A stretch of DNA of 63,852 nucleotides, counting the filler, from Octopus bimaculoides (lineage: Eukaryota), in assembly GCF_001194135.2 (NCBI RefSeq). It is 6 parts of 6 records of this genome, joined end to end, with 100 filler letters (N's around TTAATTAATTAA, not from the genome) between each part and the next. Parts side by side here need not be neighbours in the genome. Positions count along the whole stretch, not along the records: positions 62,071 to 63,852 come from NW_026328840.1; 5 more parts are not named here. One strand, written 5' to 3'. A program made the translations under genes and the position numbers. This document shows, piece after piece, positions 63,353 through 63,852 of this stretch; the stretch's first letter is position 1, and each line of letters starts with the position of its first letter. The notes beneath the pieces were generated by a model that searched no databases, had not been told where the DNA came from, and worked only from the letters and a program-made list of their open reading frames with translations.

Positions 63353-63852
63353 CATTTCTAAATGTCTCAGAGAGATTTATGCAGTAGTGATACAATAAAG
63401 TATTTGCATGCTGTCATCTTAATGTGACAGTCCTATAAAGAGAATAATACTACTGCTATTTAGCCCTAGGAAGCAGCACCGCTTCCTCTTGGCCTTGACA
63501 TTAAGTTATGATGTCACATTAAGTTGACAGCATACAACTACTTTATCGTAGTACTACTACATAAATCTTTTTTAGAGATTTAGAAATGTATTTTTTCTAT
63601 TTTTGAAATAAGTGAATGTATTTCGCTAGAATTATTATATGTTTACAAGAGCTTGACAGGCATCTCCAAATAGCAGACTATGCTACTCCCGACTGATGAC
63701 GAGCAAAGACTAAAAAACTAGTCTCTGGATGTAGGCTTAGCTGGGTAGAGGTACTTGTCTCCCCCTTGTAAACATAAGGGCACAGGAAATGAATCAAGGC
63801 CAACAGGAAGCGGTGCTGCTTCCTACGGTTAAATAGCAGTAGTATCATTCCA
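63353..63852. mobile_element. Rearranged copies of the same pLTR-like repeat (A direct, A inverted, B plus end of A inverted)
   Basis: Direct alignment to 62331-62646 by eye; runs off the window end. Confidence 0.65.
63683..63734 (+). pseudogene. Inactivated second copy of the same hammerhead
   Basis: CTACTCCCGA-CTGATGA-cgagcaaagactaa-AAAACTAGTC-TCTGGA-t-GTAG; GAAA core mutated to AAAA. Confidence 0.6.

Overview
AT-rich animal genomic DNA with many N gaps and dense (TA)n/(CA)n/(TATG)n/(TAGA)n and trinucleotide microsatellites. The tRNA-derived SINE repertoire looks like a coleoid cephalopod, probably Octopus (recognition from memory, not a database result). Almost all ORFs in the supplied track are microsatellite or gap artefacts. 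One gene is well supported: a minus-strand secreted or cell-surface CUB-domain protein with five phase-compatible exons (27473 to 21449; signal peptide, CUB1, linker, first half of CUB2; 222 codons). It stops just before a synthetic scaffold linker, and its continuation cannot be found. A few other exon candidates are weak. The rest is a retroposon landscape: at least four SINE families with modular or chimeric structure, CR1/L2-type LINE 3' ends sharing a terminal stem-loop with a SINE, four REL-endonuclease LINE remnants (one inserted in a (TAA)n tract like Dong), an internally deleted mariner, MITE-like foldbacks, and several minimal type I hammerhead ribozyme motifs with palindromic helix III, as in Penelope-like elements. 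The motif at 14169-14230 has an intact core. There are no rRNA genes, bona fide tRNA genes or CRISPR arrays.
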